DNA of 64,000 nucleotides. Source: Lama glama (taxonomy: Eukaryota). The notes under the pieces were generated by a model. It had not been told where the DNA came from. It made no database searches and saw nothing but the letters and a program-made list of their open reading frames with translations. A program made the position numbers and the translations under genes. This document shows, one piece after another, positions 11,515 to 24,137 of the stretch. The stretch spans positions 16,494,001 through 16,558,000 of the forward strand of contig CM052832.1 of the NCBI GenBank assembly GCA_028534125.1, read 5' to 3'. Numbering within the stretch: the stretch's first letter is position 1; the number at the start of each line of letters is the position of its first letter.

Positions 11515-13030
11515 CACTAGGTTGGGAATTGAAGACTGGCCTGCAGGTAAGAAAACCTGGCCCCTGCTCTTCCAGGCTAAATGGCCTGGGGTGAGTCACG
11601 TGCCCCAAGTTCCTTATCTGTGGTAAAGTTCAGGGCCCTCTGTTACAATCATTTCCCAGGCTGAGGAGCCTTTGTTACGGGCCAGACCTGAATGGGGCGC
11701 TTTCTGTTTGTCACTGCAAATCCCCGTAACAAGGACATCCAGCCCAGCAGTGGCAGAACTGGGGTTCAAGGCCAGCTCTGTCCAGCTCCAGAGCTCACCT
11801 CCTTTCCCCCACTCCAGGCTGACCAGCTGGTTCACAGGGCCCTCTCCAGCACTGGATAGTTCTAGGTTCTGGTGAGGGGGCTGAGGGAGGAGCCAGGGTA
11901 GGGCGTGTGGGGACTGGTGGGGAAACAGGGAGGGCGGTGCCCAGTGCCACCTGGCCACTGGGGCTGCTCCTTCAGCCCCAGAGCAACTCGGGAGAACAGG
12001 GCCCTGCTGGGCTGGTGTGGAGAGCTGCTTCCCTTGGGCAGATATTGCTGGGGCTGAAGTAGGGCCTGGAGGTGTGTCTGGGGTCCGTAACTTCCCCTCA
12101 GGCACTTCCTGCCCTGCAACCACTGGTTCCTGTTTGAGGGCGAAGAGGGGTCGCTGACTTCACCCTGAGCCAGATGCACTGACCAGGGTCTGGAAACTGA
12201 GACCATCCTGGGTTCAGGAGGAATGCTGGGGTTTGTGTGGGTGGGGGGAGCAGAAGCACAGGTGGAGAGGAGGATTTGGGTGGTCATGAGGGGCAGTGGG
12301 AGTGGAACTAGGTTGTTTTAAATTTCTCTGGGGAGCAGAGACAGAGGCTGGACAGAGGATTCCTCCAGGGCCAAGAGAAAGCCATACTCTCCCTTCCCTC
12401 ATCTTAGCTGCTCCTCCCTCTGGGCTATGTCTATCCCCTCCCTGGGTTTCCCCCGTGAGGGTTCCAGCTTACCCAGACTCTGTGGCCTGCGGGTGGACAC
12501 GCTCCAGACCAGCTAGAGCTGCCTGGGATGTGTTGCCACCTCAGACATTCCTGCCCCTCCTCTGGTTTAACTTCTCCCCCAGCCTGGGTGACTGTCCAGC
12601 ATCGTTAGGAGAGGAAGTTAGGCTTTGAGGGTTAGGGTTACAACATCTTTCCTTTCAGACTCCTGAGTCTGTAACTTAGCCTGTGAACCCCAGCAGCTCC
12701 AGCCTTCCTACCGAGCCTGCAAATCGCCAGTGAACGTATGCCTTCCAGGTGCCTTCCCTGATTACCTTTTCCTGGTGCATCGCTGAGAGCTCATGATCCT
12801 GGTGTATGTGTGTGGACACACACCCCAGCTCCTGCAGCTGACTGGGAGTTCTGGTGGATTTAGGGTAACTTCCTGGTGTTCTAGAGCTGTTCCTAACACT
12901 TGGGTGACTGATTAACAAATGGGAGAGTCAGAGGGAGCTGTATCTACATGAGCACTGCTAATAGATCAAGGACAGAAAGCTGATGATAAGTTGGTGCTGG
13001 GAAAGGATGTGTGGGCAATCCAGGTGGGCT

Positions 13031-13047
13031 TCCTGCAGGGGGCAGCA
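13031..13047 (+). promoter_or_regulatory. Candidate CTCF site between LST1 and LTB
   Basis: TCCTGCAGGGGGCAGCA has one mismatch to the core consensus. Confidence 0.45.
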
Positions 13048-13654
13048 TTCTGATGTTAAGCACAAAAGTAAGGGTGGCTATCTGAAACCCTCTGGACAGA
13101 TGAAGGCCTCTTAGCGGCACTGTGATGGAGAGGGTGATGGATGCTGGAGGATGGCACACCTAGTCATTGAGGAGGGTGAAGACTGAGGACTCGTGAAAGC
13201 CAGGCGTGGGGAGGAGATCTGGTGCCTGGGTCCATATGCACTTGTGTTTCCTTCTCCAAATTCAGAAACTTTCTGTTATTTCCTCCCCTTCCCCTATTCA
13301 CGATGTTCCCCATGCAGGATAGTAGAACAATATTCAGTTTTTAAAAATGTTTTATTATTAAAATGTTCAAACGTAGAAAAAATTAAAAGAATTTAACAGT
13401 GAACGTATCCCTACGACCTAGATTCTACAATAAGTACTTTTCTATATTTGCTTTATCACATGTCTATCAATCCATCTCATTTTTTGATACCTTTCAAAGT
13501 TGCAAACATCAGTACATTTTACCTCTAAACCCTTTACGATGCTTATCATTGACTTGAGTTCAGTATTTGTTTCCCCATTTCTTTTTTTGGGGTGGTAAGG
13601 AAGGCAAGATTTACATACACTGAAATGCACAAATCTGAGGTCAGTACTCAGTTC

Positions 13655-13860
13655 TTAAACTGTCTTGTGGTTAAGGGCATGGAGCCAGACTGCCTGGGTT
13701 CAAATCCTGACTCTGCCACTTGTGTGTTACTTTCCACAAATTCCTTAACCAATATGTGCCTCAGTTTCCTCTCAGTTTTTGTCAGGATTAAAAGCATTAT
13801 TATATATAAAGGGTGTAGATCTGTGGCAGACACACGCCAAATGCTTTTTGTATATTAGCT
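13655..13860 (+). mobile_element. MIR SINE
   Basis: GGAGCCAGACTGCCTGGGTTCAAATCCTGACTCTGCCACTT...GTGCCTCAGTTTCCTC core. Confidence 0.75.
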
Positions 13861-14669
13861 ATATTTTATCATCATTATTATTAATATTGCCAGAACACAC
13901 AGAGATATCAAGAAGGGGAGATGATCTGGGACTAGCTCTAACTTCCTTGACCTGGTTTTTCCTCCTTTCGACTCCTACTACACTGCCTACTATAGCATTC
14001 ATTTGGTCCATACTGCTTTGTTTTGCTTACTCATTCATTTATTTGTCCTTTCTTCACTTAACACTTAGCCAGCATCTATAAATGGATGGGGCTCATTCTA
14101 GATTGAGAAGCTCTCTGGGGGTGGGTGCCTCATCACTCTCCTGTCTGCACTACGTGTAGCAAGAGAGGTAACACTCCATTTCCATCCCTCTTCAGTGAGT
14201 TAACATTCAGTGGTGAGGCTGAGGCCCCCTTCAGCTGTCATCACTGTGGACTGGTGCCTTACTCACTTAGCTCTGGGGGCTAGGAAGGAGCAAAGGAATG
14301 GGAGGGGCTCAGCCCAATGTGGGGATAGGTTCTTCTTATGGACCTAGACATCCATCCCTCAAGACCCCAGTTCCTGTCTTCCTATTCCAGCCCTTGACCT
14401 CAGGGATACAGTCCTCCCTCCAGAACCCACCTCTGGGGTGCAGAAGAATGCAGACCACACTGGAAATCTAGAGTTCTGCATTCTCACTGCAGCTGCCTGA
14501 CTTTCTGCAAGCTACCTTCCCTCCCTGAGTCTCAGTTTCCCTCCCCACTGAGTCAGAAGATCTCTAAGGCCCCCTTGAGCTCTACCCTGAAAGCCTGCCT
14601 CTTCACCCCAACTGCTTCCCCAGTTCAGAGAACCCAAGCATCCAGCTGCCCCACCCTAGCTCTGGGTAA

Positions 14670-14770
14670 ACAGGAAGCAGGGTGAGTGGAGCAGGGGTGT
14701 GCGGAAAGTCCCAGCCAGGTGTGTGGGTCTATGGGGAGGGGGTGGCCCCACCCCTGAGGTATGAAAGCCC
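14670..14770 (+). promoter_or_regulatory. LTB proximal promoter
   Basis: Ets site CAGGAAG (14671-14677), NF-kB site GGAAAGTCCC (14703-14712) and TATA-like TATGAAA at about 14760, just upstream of the ATG. Confidence 0.65.
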
Positions 14771-14797
14771 CCCTGCCTTGGCCCTGGCTCAGTCTCA

Positions 14798-16573
14798 ATG
14801 GGGGCACTGGGGCTGGAGGGCCGGGGCAGGAGGCCTCAGGGGAAGGGATGCCTCCTGCTGGCTGTGGCAGGAGCCACTTCCCTGGTGACCCTCCTGCTGG
14901 CTGTGCCTATCACTGTCCTGGCTATGCTGGCTTTGGTGCCCCAGGAGCAGGGAGGACTGGTGAGTGGCTGCAACAAATCCTTGAAGAGCTGTAAATTGCT
15001 GCTGCTCACTCACCTCTGGTTATGCCTGAGGGTTTCTTGCCTCATCTTGCTGAGCTGGTTTGGCTGTCCTCAGTGAGGATGTCTTGTCTGTCTCTTTGCT
15101 GGTCTTCCTCTCCATGTTCCTGTGATGCTGTTGTGTCCTGATGTCTCCAAGCCCTTTACTGGTTGTCTGCCTGTCTCCTCTTCTCTTCCCAAGACATACT
15201 CGGGCCTCTGTCTCTCTGCCCAAGTACAGATGCCTTGCTTGCTCTCCATTCCAGGGAGGTGTGTGTTGAGGCTGGGGTTGGTGGAAGAGTTTGGGTCTAT
15301 GTTGGGAATGGGAGGGGTGGGGTTGGTATCAGCTAAGACTGAACTCTGGGCACTGTGACCCCACCCACTCAGGTAACGGGGACTGCTGACCCAGGCGCAC
15401 AGGCACAGGCCAGGCAGCAACTGGGTAAGAGCAGACCATCTCCCCCTCCCCGGCTCCTGCCTCTCAGGGACTCCCAGCTCCCATCCATCTGCATCCCCAG
15501 ATACCCTCTTCCTCCATGAATCCAGGTGCCCCATCCCTGGGCCCTGGTGCCCTGTCGTCTTAGGAGGACTGTGTGTGAGTGGCTGCCCTACCCCCAATTG
15601 TGGACCCTTTGCCCCTTCCAGAGTCCCAGGAGCAGCCAGAGGAGGAGGTAGAAACAGATCTCAGCCCCAGGCTCCCAGCTGCCCATCTCATTGGTAAGGA
15701 TCTCATAGACCTGAATAGTCCATGAGTGCCAATTCTGCTCTGTTATTCCTGTGCTCAGTTGCCCAGCTGCTCCACCGCCACTCTAGTGCCCACCCTTCCG
15801 CTTGTCCAGCATTCTTGTTTCTCGCTTCTCCTCCGGAGGAGGCAAAACCCGGCCTGGATCTTCCCATTACGGCGCTCTGCACGGCACACCCAGGTGCCCT
15901 CGGTCCCCAGCCAATACTCACACTGGCAGAGTGAGCGCCATCACCCCGCTGCCCCGAGCCCGGCTGGCTTCCTGCCGGGGATTAAAAAGCACCACTCCCC
16001 CAACACCAACCCCCAACTCCCTCTTCCCCCGTTGGCTCCCGCTCACCATCCCAGAAAGTCCCGGGCCTGGGTCACTCCTCTCGGGATCCCCGAGAGCCGA
16101 CAGGCCGTTTCTCCGCAGGCGCTTGGACCACCGGGCAGGGGCTAGGCTGGGAGACGAAGAAAGAAGAGGCATTTCTGAGGAGCGGGACGCAGTTCTCTGG
16201 CGCCGAGGGGCTGGCCCTCCCTCAGGATGGCCTTTATTATCTCTACTGTCACATCGGCTACCGGGGCCGGGCGCCCCCTCCCGGCGGGGACCCCCTGGAC
16301 CGCTCGGTCACGCTGCTCAGCCGGCTTTACCGGGCGGGGGGTGCCTACGGACCCGGGACTCCTGAGCTGCTGCTCGAGGGCGCAGAGACCGTGACCCCGG
16401 TCTTGGACCCCGCCCGGAGGCACGAGTACGGGCCCCTCTGGTACACGAGCGTGGGGTTCGGTGGCCTGGTGCAGCTCCGGAGGGGCGAGAGGGTGTACGT
16501 CAATATCAGTCACCCCGATATGGTGGACTACAGGAGAGGAAAGACCTTCTTTGGTGCGGTGATGGTGGGCTGA
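14798..16573 (+). CDS. LTB: Lymphotoxin-beta (246 aa)
   Basis: Exons 14798-14959, 15373-15424, 15622-15693 and 16119-16573. Protein reads MGALGLEGRG...PAAHLIGAW...LWYTSVGFGGLVQLRRGERVYVNISHPDMVDYRRGKTFFGAVMVG. AATAAA at 16717-16722. Confidence 0.97.
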
Positions 16574-18254
16574 GGGCTGCCGGCGTCCTGGGGAAAACGA
16601 CTGCATGGTGGGAGTGTGTGAATGAATCAGCCCAGATATTGGGGACTCAGACACCAGGGACCCCGTACCCGTGGGGAAAATGTAGGTGATGGGAAACTGA
16701 TTTTGAGCCTTATGGAAATAAAGAATGTAAAGCTTTAGTGCTGCCAATACAGATGCTGAGATGCTAATGTGTCTTCATTCAGGGTGGGTACACAAGTCAT
16801 GGTTAAATATACTGGGGTTATTTTGTGTGTGTGTGTGTTTTTCTGGTTTCTTGAAACAGTTCATGACATTTGGTATGGCCTCTGTTCCCTGGGTTGGGGG
16901 TCTGTGGATCCCATCCACTCCTGCCTCTGAATGGCCTTGCGCCATTGGCCCATTTGGATGGGTAGAAGGAAAGGGACCTTCTCAAATCCCAAAGCATCTC
17001 CATGCATCCTAATTCTCAGGGCCACATGGTCCCCCCTGGGACTCAACACTGCACTCTTTTCTCTTGGGTCCCTACCAGCAGTGACAGAGGTCATTACAGG
17101 GGAAGGCAAGCAGCACTCATAAAGGCCCAACTGGCAGAGTAAATCCAAATAGGGCTGATAATGAAGCACTGAGAAGTCAGCACTTCTCCCCTGCTAATTG
17201 CTTGAAGGCTCCATTAGCTAATATCTCACAGTCAACTCTTCTCTTCCAAGGGAAGAACCAACAGCTCATGGGATATGAAGTCAGAAGGCTGAAGGAGACA
17301 ATTGGGAGGGTGATGAAGAAAGGGAGATGGGGTGGGGATAATGCCTAAGGACACCAAGAAGAACCTGGGGAGGAAGGGGAGGAAGAAAAGCTGATGCCAC
17401 TTAGTCCTGTCCAGAATGGGATGGAAGGATATGAAGACCCTCACCTTCAGGTCCCCTTCTCTAAGAAGGGTGGGAGCCCCAGGGTGAGTGACAGTAGCCC
17501 CCTCACCCCATGACTAACATTTAGCCCTGGGCTGGAGGAGGCAGAAAGGAATCCAATGCTCTATCTAGGTTACCCCAGTGGGTCACCCCACCCCTGTGGC
17601 ACACCACACGGTTTTCCCCGCCTGGCAGGAAGGAAAATGCAACTTCTGAGCCCAGAGGTGGGGCTACAACTCTCTGAGTCTTCGTTTCTGACTCCATATT
17701 TATCTTTGTGTCCAGAAGAGCCTTCCTGGGTGTGTGTTGGGGGGAAGATGGAGGGAATGCATTTTTCTTCTCACTTCTCCCATCTCACATCCCTCTCCTC
17801 ATCATTTGCCAAGAAAATCAGTGAGACCAAGCTGGCATGGAAGTCCTTGACCTACATCTTCTTCCTTGTTTATTTTCTTCTTTCTCTTCAATTCCTTCCA
17901 CTAAGGGATGGAAGGGGATAGAAGACTGGGAGCTGGATAAAGGGAGAAAGCCAGAATTCACTGGGTGCTCTGCTAGGTACTCAGATGTAGTTTATTTAGG
18001 TCTTCTGTTCTCACATGGCTCCATACATGGTCAGGGTTCATACTGCTCTTTGATAGATGGTGTACAATATCTGGTTCTGGTTGCACAGTTAGGAAAAGGC
18101 TGGCAGGGGAGGGACGTGGGGTGGGATCAGGCAATTTGGAGCTCAGTTGCCTGAGTGTCTGAAAGTCCCTTGGCTGTGATTCAGGTGTTTGTGAATTTGG
18201 CCCCTCTCCAGCTCTTTCTCTCAGGCCTAAACAGCCGGAAATCTCACCTGAGCT

Positions 18255-18305
18255 GCAGGATTTCCCCGGCTTGGATAGGAATTCCCAGAGTTGGAAATTC
18301 CCATG
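18255..18305. promoter_or_regulatory. NF-kB site cluster downstream of TNF (3' enhancer)
   Basis: GGATTTCCCC (18258-18267), GGAATTCCC (18278-18286) and GGAAATTCCC (18293-18302), about 250 bp past the TNF polyA signal at 18545-18550. Confidence 0.6.
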
Positions 18306-18737
18306 CCCCAAGGGAGAGGTAATGAAGTTCAGGCTCCTTTCTTGGGGGAGGAGCATATTCCAAAGGACTTTGTTTTCTGTAGGGTCCCCAGAGTCCCAGT
18401 CACCCCAATAATGAGAACTGGGTCCAGGGACCTTAAGCCTGAGAAGAAAGAACTTCAGGGAGTGGCTCCCATGCTCCTCACAAGGAGAGGCCGATGCAGA
18501 ATTAATTCCCAGAGACAGAGGCCATACTTCTTTTCTAAGCACATTTTATTTCTCGCCACTGACCAGTAGGGCGATTACAGACACAACTCCCCTGGGGAGC
18601 AGAGGTTCAGCGATGCAGCGACAAGTCAGTCACCAAATCAGCGTTATTTAGACAGTTTGATCAGATAAATAGTTTTTTAAAAAACATAAGCTAAAGGAGG
18701 CACAGAGGCTAGGAAGCCAGGTGGGAACAATCTAGAA

Positions 18738-18766
18738 TTCAGCTCCGTTTTCACAGAAAACATGTC
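18738..18766 (-). promoter_or_regulatory. TNF constitutive decay element (Roquin-binding stem-loop)
   Basis: Minus strand GACATGTTTTC-TGT-GAAAACGGAGCT, a triloop hairpin downstream of the ARE. Confidence 0.85.
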
Positions 18767-18814
18767 TTAGCCAAAGCAACCCCTACACTGGCTCTCCCAG
18801 GACACCTTGACCTC

Positions 18815-18890
18815 CTAAATAAATACATTCATTAGTAAATAAATAAATAATAAATAAATAATAAATAATTACAAGTGCAAACATAAATAG
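18815..18890 (-). promoter_or_regulatory. TNF AU-rich element
   Basis: Overlapping TTATTTAT repeats on the minus strand within the 3' UTR. Confidence 0.92.
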
Positions 18891-19023
18891 AGGGAACTGG
18901 CCCCCCTAGGGCTGGGGGTGGGCCCTCCATCTCAGGGAAGTCTGGAAACAGTTGAAGAAAGGGAGGCTTGAAGTCCACTCATGTCAAGTTCTAGGTGAGA
19001 TCTTCTCATGGGATGTTCTGAAG

Positions 19024-19135
19024 TGTTCCAGACAGAAGCCAAGGTTCCCTGGCTCCCACATTCCAGGTGTCCCAGGTTGCATCCAGGAATCCCAACCTGG
19101 GGACCCCAGTGAGTTCTGGAAGACCTCGTTTGAAT
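19024..19135 (-). promoter_or_regulatory. 2-APRE-like structured element in the TNF 3' UTR
   Basis: Minus strand TTCAAAC...TCCAGAACTCACTGGGG...CTGGAATGTGGGAGCCAGGGAACCTTGG resembles the human PKR-activating element as I recall it. Confidence 0.6.
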
Positions 19136-19335
19136 TCTCAGTAGTGGTCAGTGCCCCGTTGTCCAGGCCACATGTTCCTGCAACCTCGATTTCTAAGTGT
19201 TGTTACTGTTCAAAGTTTTAAGCTTGGAGCCCAGCCCTCAGCCCCTAGTTCTCTTTCTAAAGCAGAAAGGGATGAGGGGTCTGAAGGAGTAAATAATAAA
19301 GGGATTGAGGTGGGAGGGGATGATGTCCTGCCCCC

Positions 19336-21114
19336 TCACAGGGCAATGATCCCGAAGTAGACCTGCCCAGACTCGGCAAAGTCCAGGTAGTTGGGCATGT
19401 TGATCTCAGCACTAAGTCGATCATCCTTCTCCAGCTGGAAGACCCCTCCCAGATAGATGGGCTCGTACCAGGGCTTGGCCTCAGCCTCCTCTGAGGTGCC
19501 CCCCTGGCAAGGGCTCTTGATGGCAGAGAGGAGGTTGGCTTTGTTTGGGTAGGAGACGGCAAGGCGGCTGATGGTGTGAGTGAGGAACACGGGGGTGGAG
19601 GGGCAGCGCTGGCCACTGAAGAGGACCTGGGAGTAGATGAGGTATAGCCCATCAGTTGGTACCACCAGCTGGTTGTCTTCCAGCTTCACACCATTGGCCA
19701 GGAGGGTATTGGCAAACCGCTTCTCCCACTGCAGCTGCCCCTGGGCAGCGGGGTCCGCTGGAAGGAAGGAGAAAAAGAAGGCGGGGTAAGTCAGTGTGAC
19801 CCTGTCAGTTCCACTCTCCACATCCTGGCCCTCAAGTTCTGCCCACCCCCAACATCCGGTTCCTGTCCCCTCTGTTTGTCTTCCCACATCCCATCTGGCC
19901 ATGAGGTTCTGAGTCTCCCCCTCAAGTGCTAGGTATCCTCCACCCTCTCCTTGAGCTCAGTGAGTCCTTCTCACACTGTCTCCTGGGTCTGTCTATCCTT
20001 AACCTGGGTTCAGCCCCCAAACCCTATCCCTCCCCATCCCATCTGCTTCTTCAGCCCCCAGGCACAGCCTCAGAACTCTTACCTACAACGTGGGCGACAG
20101 GCTTATCTCTTGAGGCTTGAGAAGATGATCCTGAAGAGGAAAGAAGAAAGAAAAAGGTGAGACCCTTCAGCTTCCCAGAAAATATCCCGCTACTTTGACC
20201 TCCATTCCATCTCCCCTCAAACCCAAAACTCTAAATTTCCCCTACTGCTTCTATCTCAGGACTAACCCCCACATCTGCCCAAGCGCAGAATTAGGAGAGA
20301 GGTTTTGGAGACACTTACTGAGGGTCTGGGCCAGAGGGTTCATGATCTGGAGGCCAGTCAGGAGCTGTTGAGGAGAAGATGGAGGATTAGTATCAGAGCA
20401 AGTCACCCTTAAAGGAGAAACAGCTGGCTGCCTCTGTAGCTTGTGCTGTCTGCCCTGTTGTGTCTAGTCTTCTCTCTCCATTCATTCATTTTTTCATCAT
20501 CCATCTGTTCAATAACTCTTTCACTGAGTTCTTTCCACGTGCTAAGCACCCTGTCTACACCTTTCCTTCTCTCTTTCATAGATCCTATATCCCTTTCTAT
20601 CTCACCATCTTTATCCACATCACTTGTTTTTTCTCCATCTCTCTTCCCTAACCCTTTATCAGTTCACACATCTCTCTTTACATCTGTATCCCTGCTTGCT
20701 CATTCATTCATTCAACAAATATTTAGAGAGCATCTTCCAGGTGCCAGGCACCCCATTTCCCTATCCTTCTCTCTCTTCCCCCATCTCTCTCCACATCTCC
20801 TTCTGCCTGCCCATCTCTCCCCATGCCTCCCCATCAGCATACCTCTTTCCCACATCCCATCTCTCGCCCTCTTTCTCCCCTACTTCTCTCTGGGTGGGAG
20901 AATGAGCTAAGGCTATCCAGGCACTCACCTCTTCTTTCTGGGGCCCAATTACCCCAAAGTGCAGCAGGCAGAAGAGCGTGGTGGCTCCTGCGACAAGGAG
21001 GAAGGAAAAGAGGCTGAGGCACAAGCACCTTCTGGAGCCCTGGGGGCCCCCTGCCTTCTTGGGGAGCGCCTCCTCCGCCAGCTCCACGTCCCGGATCATG
21101 CTTTCAGTGCTCAT
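19336..21114 (-). CDS. TNF: Tumour necrosis factor (233 aa)
   Basis: Exons 21114-20929, 20364-20319, 20130-20083 and 19757-19336. Protein reads [15 protein letters not shown]...KPVAHVVAD...[14 protein letters not shown]. Confidence 0.99.
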
Positions 21115-21328
21115 GGTGTCTTCTTCAAAGGGTCTTTCTTCCAGCTGGGAGATGGTAGAGCCTTGGGGCAGCTTGTGTTAGAGAGAGAGTCGCCCGGCTG
21201 CCTGTCGGGGGTGTGTTTTCTGAGAGGTTGTTTCCAGGGGGGTCTGGAGTTGCTTCTCTCTCTCCTGGCTGGTACCCTGGTGTCCTCGCTCTGGGAGCTT
21301 CTGCTGGCTGGGTGTGCAGACAGCTGCA

Positions 21329-21500
21329 TTTATACGCCCTGGGGTGAGAGGAGGGCGGGGATAGACTCTCATTCAACCAGCGGAAAACTTCCTTGGTGGA
21401 GAAACCCATGAGCTCATCTGGAGGAAGCGGTAGTGGGCCCTACACCTTCTGTCTTGGTTTCTTCTCCATCGTGGGGGCGGGGGTTTGGAAAGTTGGGGAC
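21329..21500 (-). promoter_or_regulatory. TNF proximal promoter
   Basis: TATAAA (21329-21334), Sp1 GC box (about 21353-21360), kappa3 GGGTTTCTCC (21398-21407), CRE TGAGCTCA (21409-21416), with Ets and Sp1/Egr sites beyond. Confidence 0.88.
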
Positions 21501-23210
21501 ACCCAGGCATCAAGGATACTTCCTACCCTCCTCACCCAGATTCTGAAGGGGGCTCACTGGGCCAGTTCCTGCTGTGTATGTGGGACCCTACGGGCTGGGC
21601 CCTCATTCCCCTCTGCCCCTCACCCTAATTTCTATTGTTTCCATTTCTTTGGTGACAAGGTCTGTGGCTTATTTCTCTCTGATTTCTAGACAGGACTCCT
21701 ATAGGGGTTGAACTAGAAATGAGAGGGGCTTCAGAAAACAGTCCTTAATAGCAAACGTGGGAGAAGAGGTACTGGGTCCTGAGATGTGTATTTGGGTTCT
21801 TTGAGGGGAAAGGAAGTAGGAGAAAGGGGAGCTTAGGCTCTGCAGAGACTAGGGGAGGAGCACAGGGATGAGCCTGGGACAGTCCCAGAGGGAGTCAAAG
21901 CAACGCTGGGAAATCACAAACCCCACCAGAGCAGGCCTTCTCCTTTCACTCTGACGGGGGACTCACCAGAACTCTGGTGCTGGTTTCAGTTTTGGCATCC
22001 AAGGGAATGTGAGACTCTGATTTTTGCATGAAGTCCCCACCCCTCAGAGTCCCTGTGTGTGCCCATTTATCCCCAAAGAATTCCTGGAGACAGCCCTGGA
22101 CCTTGGAGCCCCTGTGCGGGACCATGTCTCCTCAAATGTCCCCTGAATTCCCCAGCCTCCTCGCCTTGGATGCTCTCCCACCTCTCAGGGCTCTTGCCTG
22201 ACCGTGTCTGTCTGCCAGGGGGTCCTCATACCCCACCCCATAGTCCTCAACACCCTTCAGGGTGGTCACTGCTCCCCAGAGGCCTCCTGTAAACCCCATT
22301 CCTCAGACCATCTCCACGTGGCCATATCTGCCAGGGGTCCCTGACGCAGTCCTCCAGACCTTGGACCTGCTTCTTTGCTTTGTCTTCGCAGCTTATCCTC
22401 ATTTCCCCTGCAGTGACCTGGCTGCCCCACCCCCGCGAGTCCACCATATTTCCCCCAAGCCCCTTAGGCCTCTGTGTACGCACACCGCTTCTGAACCCTC
22501 TGATTCCTGTCCTCCCACCATTCCTTCGAGACTTCTGGAGAATTCTCCCTTCCCAGACAGACAGACGCAGGCAGACAGCATTTCAGAGAAAAGAGGTTTA
22601 TTGGGCTTCATCAGAGGTTGGATGTTTCCTCCTGGGCTGTCCAGTCAAGCAGTTGCTGACTCTTAACAGCCTTTCACTTCCTTCTAGACCCCCTTGGTCC
22701 CTCAGATCCACTTTTTTTCCTCTCTCCCTAGGTCATCCTTATGACGATGCCCTCTCAACTCTTCATCCCTTGGGCATATTTTTCTCTTTCTTCTGTCCCT
22801 CTATTACTCCCTTCTCTCCATCCTCCATAAATAAATAATTTAATTTTTCACCTTCATAAATAACCCACCCCCTGCCTCCAGTCATCCCCCCAAGCTCCCT
22901 CATGTGTCCCTCCCCTTCCATGTCCAGGGCGAGGCCCCCCCCCCAGACTGGCAGGACTGGTGAAGGGCTCTGGGTGGGCATTTCTACGCAGGCTTGAAAT
23001 CCTCAAAGGAGCATCCGGGGTGATTCAGGGAGTGTGGTCTCCTGGAGTGCCGATAATTCCTTCTTTGGAACCTCCAGGTGCTGAGAGAGAGGGGAAGACT
23101 TGAGATTGTTGGAATGGTCAGAGGAGAGGCATGGTGACCCCCTGAAGTGGTCAGAATGGAGGCAAATGGGGAGAAGGCCTTGAAACCAATTTTCTTCTTT
23201 CCAGATTTTT

Positions 23211-24137
23211 CTACAGAGCAAAGGCTCCAAAGAATACGCTACTGGGGCTGAGGAGCAGGTGGGAGATGCCGTCTGTGTGAGTGGATAGCTGGTCTCCCCG
23301 GGTGAGCAGGAACACAGCCCCCTGGTACACTGAGCGCACCCAAGGTCCCTGCGGCCCCGGGCACACGGACTTCTGAGCACTGAGGAGAGGCACGTGGAAG
23401 GGGTACTGGGAGGAGAAGAGCTGGACCTCGTGGGCCAGATAGAGAGGGGTGGGGGTGGCCTTGGGGAAGCAGCCTTCTCCAGAGAAGACCACCTGGGAGT
23501 AGACGAAGTAGAGGCCACTGGTGGGGACCAGGAGGGAATTGTTGCTCAAAGAGAAGCCGTGGCGGAGGAAGGCGCGATCTGTGTTTGCCTTCCAGCGAAG
23601 CAAGTCCTGGGTGCTCGGGTCTCCTAGGAAGAGCCAGAGGGGGTGGGGGTCAGAGCCCTGGGGGTCAGAGGTCTCAATCCCTGAGGAGGGAGGTGCTAGA
23701 CTGAGTTCCTGGGGGGTGGTTGGGAGGACGGAGGGAGTGGGATGCCTCTGTTTTGGGGGTGAGGGAAGAGGGGGGAAAGCTGGAGGGGATGCTTGGGTCC
23801 CTGAAGGCGAGTAGGAGGAGGGCTGGGGGCTACATGTCCAGGAGGGCAGGTGGGTGTTTACCAACAAGGTGAGCAGCAGGTTTGAGGGTGCCTTGGGCGA
23901 AATGCTTCGGGGGTTGCTGATGGGTAGTCCGTGCAGCTGAGGGTGGGAGTCCCTAGGGGAGAACGGATTTGAGAGAGGATCTAAGGCCCAAGGTTGGGCT
24001 GGGCCACCCCTGTGGCCCTGGTTCTCCTGCTGCCTCACCTGGGCCTCAGGCGGCAGGGCCAGCAGCAGCCCTAGAAGGAGGAGGAGGAGGGGGGTGCTGC
24101 ACACCCTCAGGAGGTAGAGACGTCCAGGTGGTGTCAT
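23211..24137 (-). CDS. LTA: Lymphotoxin-alpha (200 aa)
   Basis: Coding exons 24137-24039, 23952-23862 and 23623-23211. Protein reads [12 protein letters not shown]...[11 protein letters not shown]...[10 protein letters not shown]. Non-coding exon 1 ends at 24524, ARE at about 22826-22845, AATAAA at 22597-22602. Confidence 0.98.
   Translation of the reverse strand: MTPPGRLYLLRVCSTPLLLLLLGLLLALPPEAQVRQQENQGHRGGPAQPWALDPLSNPFSPRDSHPQLHGLPISNPRSISPKAPSNLLLTLLVNTHLPSWTCSPQPSSYSPSGTQASPPAFPPLPSPPKQRHPTPSVLPTTPQELSLAPPSSGIETSDPQGSDPHPLWLFLGDPSTQDLLRWKANTDRAFLRHGFSLSNNSLLVPTSGLYFVYSQVVFSGEGCFPKATPTPLYLAHEVQLFSSQYPFHVPLLSAQKSVCPGPQGPWVRSVYQGAVFLLTRGDQLSTHTDGISHLLLSPSSVFFGAFAL

Noticed and set aside
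15773..15791. CTCF-like motif in LTB intron 3
   Set aside because: An extra base breaks the core consensus.
16142..16747. 201-aa antisense ORF over LTB exon 4, and similar shadow ORFs over NFKBIL1, TNF and LTA exons
   Set aside because: Expected in GC-rich coding sequence, with no recognisable protein features.
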